Part shown: positions 62,401 through 64,000 of the stretch, in pieces
How the letters are laid out: each line of letters opens with the position of its first letter
Numbering within the stretch: the first letter of the stretch is position 1
The notes under the pieces: model-generated
Told to the model about the DNA's origin: nothing
The model's input: only the letters and a program-made list of their open reading frames with translations
Databases searched by the model: none
Translations under genes and position numbers: made by a program
Source of the DNA: Aplysia californica
Taxonomy: Eukaryota
DNA length: 64,000 nucleotides
Assembly (NCBI RefSeq): GCF_000002075.1
Contig: NW_004797323.1
Location: forward strand, 684,205 to 748,204
Direction: 5' to 3'

Positions 62401-63710
62401 TTCCTCTGCGCTGCTCCATCTTTCGAGTGAGTGTTAGAAGATACCAAGATGTGGAATGCTTTATCAAGTACTTTAAGAGAGATCAAATCTTTTGATTCAT
62501 TAGAATGTCAGCTGAAGCCGTTTCTGTTTTTAAATTAATAAGATGAATATTTGGAATAATTTTCTATTAGGACGCAACGTTTTATGTTCCTGTTGTACGA
62601 TGAACTGTATTGTAAAGTGCTCAGAGCCTGTGTACTTTAATCGTGGTTGACCGCTGTATGTCATTTATTATTATTATTAGAAAGCTTAGAACTTTTTAGT
62701 TGACTTTGTTAGGAAAGAATAGCAACGCCCGATAGAAAATTCCATGTTTTCCTTTTTAACCATGTGCATTTATTGAGTTATATAAATGTTCACTGTTTTT
62801 ACTCAATTTTCTGAGAATTCACTTTGTAAAATATCACTCAGTACATTGTATACAGATAAGAAAAATCTTTCAGTTTTTCCAGATTTGTATCATCAGAAGA
62901 AATTCTGTATGTGATGGCCGTTCTGTTTTATTTATTTCTTGTCTTTCTTTTCTAGACGGAGTCCTCTCTTTGCAACTTTTCGTTCACCGCGGAACATCCG
63001 TCTGACGTGTCCAGCATATCTCTGACCACGCGGCCGCCCTCTGCCGGGGGTCCGTACTCCATGTCTTTGCCTGGCCGGCAGGAGGGGGAAGAAGTGACCA
63101 CTGTCTCAGTGGACGTCTGCTGTCGTGTCGCCGACGTTCAGAATGTCAACCACAGTAAGTGATGATTTTTTATGTAGTTTAGCTTACTGTTTGTCATCTT
63201 TGCAGCACTTTGGGCAGACTCTTTCTGCATCCTTTCTACTGCAACTCCTTAGCTCGTTCTTACTGCTGTCTTTCAGCCGCACCCCTGATCTTCTTTCCTA
63301 TCAAACGTCTATCGCCTTTATCTCTCCTCTTTCTTTTTTGTGTTTGTTACTCTCTTGTGACAACTCTAATCTTCAGCACTTATATTACCTTATTGTGCTG
63401 CGAGTGCCGTAAAATTCTTACAAAAACTAAATTCCTGAGGACAGTGCCTCTGATAGGTAACTTAACACTACCTCTTTTGTTTCTGTTTATTTTCCTTTCC
63501 TTTTCCAGGCACTAAATGGGCGTTTGTTTGTGTCAATGTGCTTCTCTTCACTCAAAACACTGTCTTTGCACAGGGTACCTTGAAGTAGCGGAGAAGTTTC
63601 AAGCAGTGCTGTCCTTGGGTGTGGACATGCCCATCGAGGAGATCTCGCCGCTGTCCAACGTGAAGCTGAGGGTGACTGTTGGCATGTACAAGCTGCACGT
63701 GAACAAAGAC
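34911..63710 (+). CDS. CEP192: Centrosomal protein CEP192/SPD-2, 5' part (20 coding exons, 1401 codons; continues beyond window)
   Basis: All 20 exons join in frame with matching phases (4203 nt). The N-terminal PIAASTAHKDRSS..YLEG and acidic FSDFEEDAMFDE segments resemble CEP192 as I recall it. ASH/PapD-like domain exons (EVCCV..VILEPNSSETIQVLFRP; EELDFGCLLWG..ATVPLR; EKFQAVL..VKLRVTVG) match the SPD-2 region. Confidence 0.9.
36906..36958 (+). CDS. CEP192: CEP192 coding exon 2
   Basis: tttag|; SSDDRSSLGLLPSKYLE; G|gtaagt; phase 2 to 1. Confidence 0.75.
37580..37872. mobile_element. piggyBac-like MITE nested in a Sola1-like element (37233-37937)
   Basis: TTAACTCTTTATCTCCG...CGGAGATAAAGAGTTAA; the host family shows the empty site at ~5625. 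Confidence 0.85.
40334..41398. mobile_element. Sola1-like MITE (ATTT TSD) containing a second one at 40381-40999 (ATAT TSD, 34-bp TIR)
   Basis: 4-bp AWWT duplications at both levels; related copies at 5267-5696, 12790-13109, ~18770-19063, 37233-37937, 50638-51070. Confidence 0.75.
42093..42515 (-). mobile_element. tRNA-derived SINE-like element (homolog 45290-45635 has an A/B-box-like head)
   Basis: Shared blocks such as GGGGTGTGRCTGAAAGACAGCARTAAGGA; the 45290 copy has TGGTCTAGAGG...GGATTGAAACC on the minus strand; this copy ends in the same hairpin tail as the 180-bp family. Confidence 0.65.
43162..43317 (+). CDS. CEP192: CEP192 coding exon 3
   Basis: gaaag|GT ATG TCA...CCA CAA T|gtaagg; phase 1 to 1. 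Confidence 0.7.
44639..44852 (+). CDS. CEP192: CEP192 coding exon 4
   Basis: ttccag|; AGAAGTNQ...FTATH; AG|gtttgt; phase 1 to 2. Confidence 0.75.
46066..46354 (+). CDS. CEP192: CEP192 coding exon 5
   Basis: ttcag|; SSSVSKSS...DHTLHQ|gtcatt; phase 2 to 0. Confidence 0.75.
47551..47716. mobile_element. Degenerate Tc1/pogo-like MITE
   Basis: TA-CAGTCAAACCTGT...ACAGGACCGACCA-TA. Confidence 0.45.
47919..47994 (+). CDS. CEP192: CEP192 coding exon 6 (acidic segment)
   Basis: cctcag|VALEAEDLEELEAFSDFEEDAMFDE G|gtttgc; phase 0 to 1. Confidence 0.8.
48750..48792 (+). CDS. CEP192: CEP192 coding exon 7 (43 nt)
   Basis: caacag|...ATC AG|gtacgt; bridges phase 1 to 2. Confidence 0.7.
49923..50346 (-). 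mobile_element. 5'-truncated RTE LINE, 13-bp TSD
   Basis: YGSETW...KW*DRVTN..WKWIGHTLRR..ALTWNPQGKRKKGRPK.TWRR..DRLRW; CATGCCTCATTGT at 49910-49922 and 50347-50359. Confidence 0.9.
50347..50637 (+). mobile_element. L2/CR1-group LINE 3' fragment (shorter copy 62440-62680)
   Basis: RLKTMGEGAFEYQGPKIWNASP resembles the L2 C-terminal motif; (TTA)n tail follows the Sola1-like insert. Confidence 0.7.
50638..51070. mobile_element. Intact Sola1-like MITE, ATTT TSD
   Basis: GTGAGGCAGCGTGGTGGAATCAGGCT...AGCCTGATTCCACCACGCTGCCTCAC; empty site gtcatttattatt at ~62660. Confidence 0.85.
51236..51390 (+). CDS. CEP192: CEP192 coding exon 8
   Basis: ttcag|; DVEESSG...KDVK G|gtgagt; phase 2 to 1. Confidence 0.8.
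51844..52089 (+). CDS. CEP192: CEP192 coding exon 9
   Basis: tttcag|; SSDSLKSS...DDQGK G|gtttgt; phase 1 to 1. Confidence 0.78.
53059..53217 (+). CDS. CEP192: CEP192 coding exon 10
   Basis: cgtag|; DGHRSEPLNPF...DEDFMDA G|gtgagc; phase 1 to 1. Confidence 0.72.
54262..54520. repeat. 32-bp minisatellite x8
   Basis: aatgcactcaaacaatatgtaattgaacaaag; one substitution seen across 8 units. Confidence 0.95.
54766..54833 (+). CDS. CEP192: CEP192 coding exon 11
   Basis: ttgcag|; AAQAMLAEDEHQFRKEDLEGDE|gtatgt; phase 1 to 0. Confidence 0.8.
54963..55132. mobile_element. piggyBac-like mini-MITE
   Basis: TTAA-CACTTT...AAAGTG-TTAA, CpG-rich body. Confidence 0.7.
55810..55932 (+). CDS. CEP192: CEP192 coding exon 12
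   Basis: ttttcag|LSNLT..MTISTYMAARSEEHGSL..RR|gtaagt. Confidence 0.85.
56461..56548 (+). CDS. CEP192: CEP192 coding exon 13
   Basis: ttgcag|ANLGMPVKSPP...REEP G|gtgaga; phase 0 to 1. Confidence 0.78.
56786..56956 (+). CDS. CEP192: CEP192 coding exon 14
   Basis: ctacag|; APALTRQESPVSP...ISSE G|gtaagt; phase 1 to 1. Confidence 0.8.
57415..58782 (+). CDS. CEP192: CEP192 coding exon 15 (1368 nt, contains a coding minisatellite)
   Basis: ttcacag|; lies within the 498-aa ORF; AAA A|gtgagc; phase 1 to 1. Confidence 0.88.
59471..59730 (+). CDS. CEP192: CEP192 coding exon 16 (first ASH/PapD-like domain)
   Basis: ctcacag|; ILPLVTPKQ..EVCCVP..SETIQ|gtgctg. Confidence 0.9.
59731..59945 (+). repeat. 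21-27-bp degenerate tandem repeat x9 starting at a splice donor
   Basis: Core (g)tRctgatttataca. Confidence 0.9.
60147..60278 (+). CDS. CEP192: CEP192 coding exon 17
   Basis: tgacag|VLFRPKDHGEF...GEAEFPCLK|gtacat. Confidence 0.88.
60296..60960 (-). mobile_element. CR1-group (Rex1/L2-like) LINE 3' fragment with (TCTTA)n tail (tails also at 14385-14480 on + and 63866-64000 on -)
   Basis: Minus strand encodes RSRSGRYVPPKTKKERYKISFLPSSIRLL, resembling this group's ORF2 C-terminus. Confidence 0.7.
62304..62426 (+). CDS. CEP192: CEP192 coding exon 18
   Basis: caccag|ISPKNEELDFGCLLWG...ATVPLRCSIFR|gtgagt. Confidence 0.9.
62956..63154 (+). CDS. CEP192: CEP192 coding exon 19
   Basis: ttctag|TESSLCNFSF...QNVNH A|gtaagt. 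Confidence 0.88.
63574..63710 (+). CDS. CEP192: CEP192 coding exon 20 (last in window)
   Basis: gcacag|; YLEVAEKFQAVL...KLHVNKD|gtaaga. Confidence 0.88.
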
Positions 63711-64000
63711 GTAAGATGTTCACTCTGTGGTCTATACCAGTGAACTGAAACAAATCATGTTTTCATTCATAAATGACATACATCGTTTTTTCTTATCAAT
63801 GCACTTTCTTTGTCGTTGTTCTAATTTGTAATGTAGTTGTCTGGTCGGTATGATGAGTTTATATTCATAAGATAAGATAAGATAAGATAATACTTTATTA
63901 TCCCAGATGGAAATTTTTCTTGGCTGTACAGGACCGTAAAAACACATGCAGGTATACATAAAAAATCTAAATTATATATTACTCTCATTAAAATTCAACA

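Larger units (their letters stand above)
35741..63431 (+). mobile_element. Eleven short-form retroposon copies in CEP192 introns: 35741-35920, 36096-36270, 37996-38170, 43500-43682, 44981-45150, 48243-48427, 49009-49194, 56265-56445, 57213-57394, 62101-62277, 63290-63431
   Basis: Direct similarity; example TSDs AGAGCTTGGAAG (35729/35920), TGTTTGAT (56257/56448), ACACTCATG (around 62101). Confidence 0.88.

Noticed and set aside
568-63515. Recurrent small ORFs such as WVVGGCSGVVCSFFPIK and MTxCSCERRKTSTK
   Set aside because: Chance translations of the 180-bp repeat; frames are not conserved among copies

Overview
AT-rich, repeat-dense animal genomic DNA with three N-gaps; probably a lophotrochozoan such as a gastropod mollusc (inferred from repeat style only). 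Three spliced genes can be built by hand with consistent GT/GC-AG phases: MPV17L2-like (+, 2 coding exons, 211 aa), PIGZ (-, 2 coding exons, 637 aa, needs a GC-AG intron) and the 5' part of CEP192/SPD-2 (+, 20 coding exons, 1401 codons, running off the window). MPV17L2 and PIGZ converge; PIGZ and CEP192 diverge across a CpG-rich region at ~27-32.6 kb. Non-coding DNA holds many non-autonomous elements with readable TIRs and TSDs (hAT-, MULE-, piggyBac-, Sola1- and Tc1-like) plus LINE fragments. The most unusual system is a ~180-bp (and related ~370-bp) retroposon with about 20 copies. It has a fixed 5' end with no visible Pol III boxes and a covarying 3' hairpin. It is co-oriented with the nearest gene in all 19 assignable copies, three copies are flanked by 105-150-bp direct duplications, and three sit immediately upstream of CEP192 splice acceptors. 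All calls are by eye; no database searches were run.
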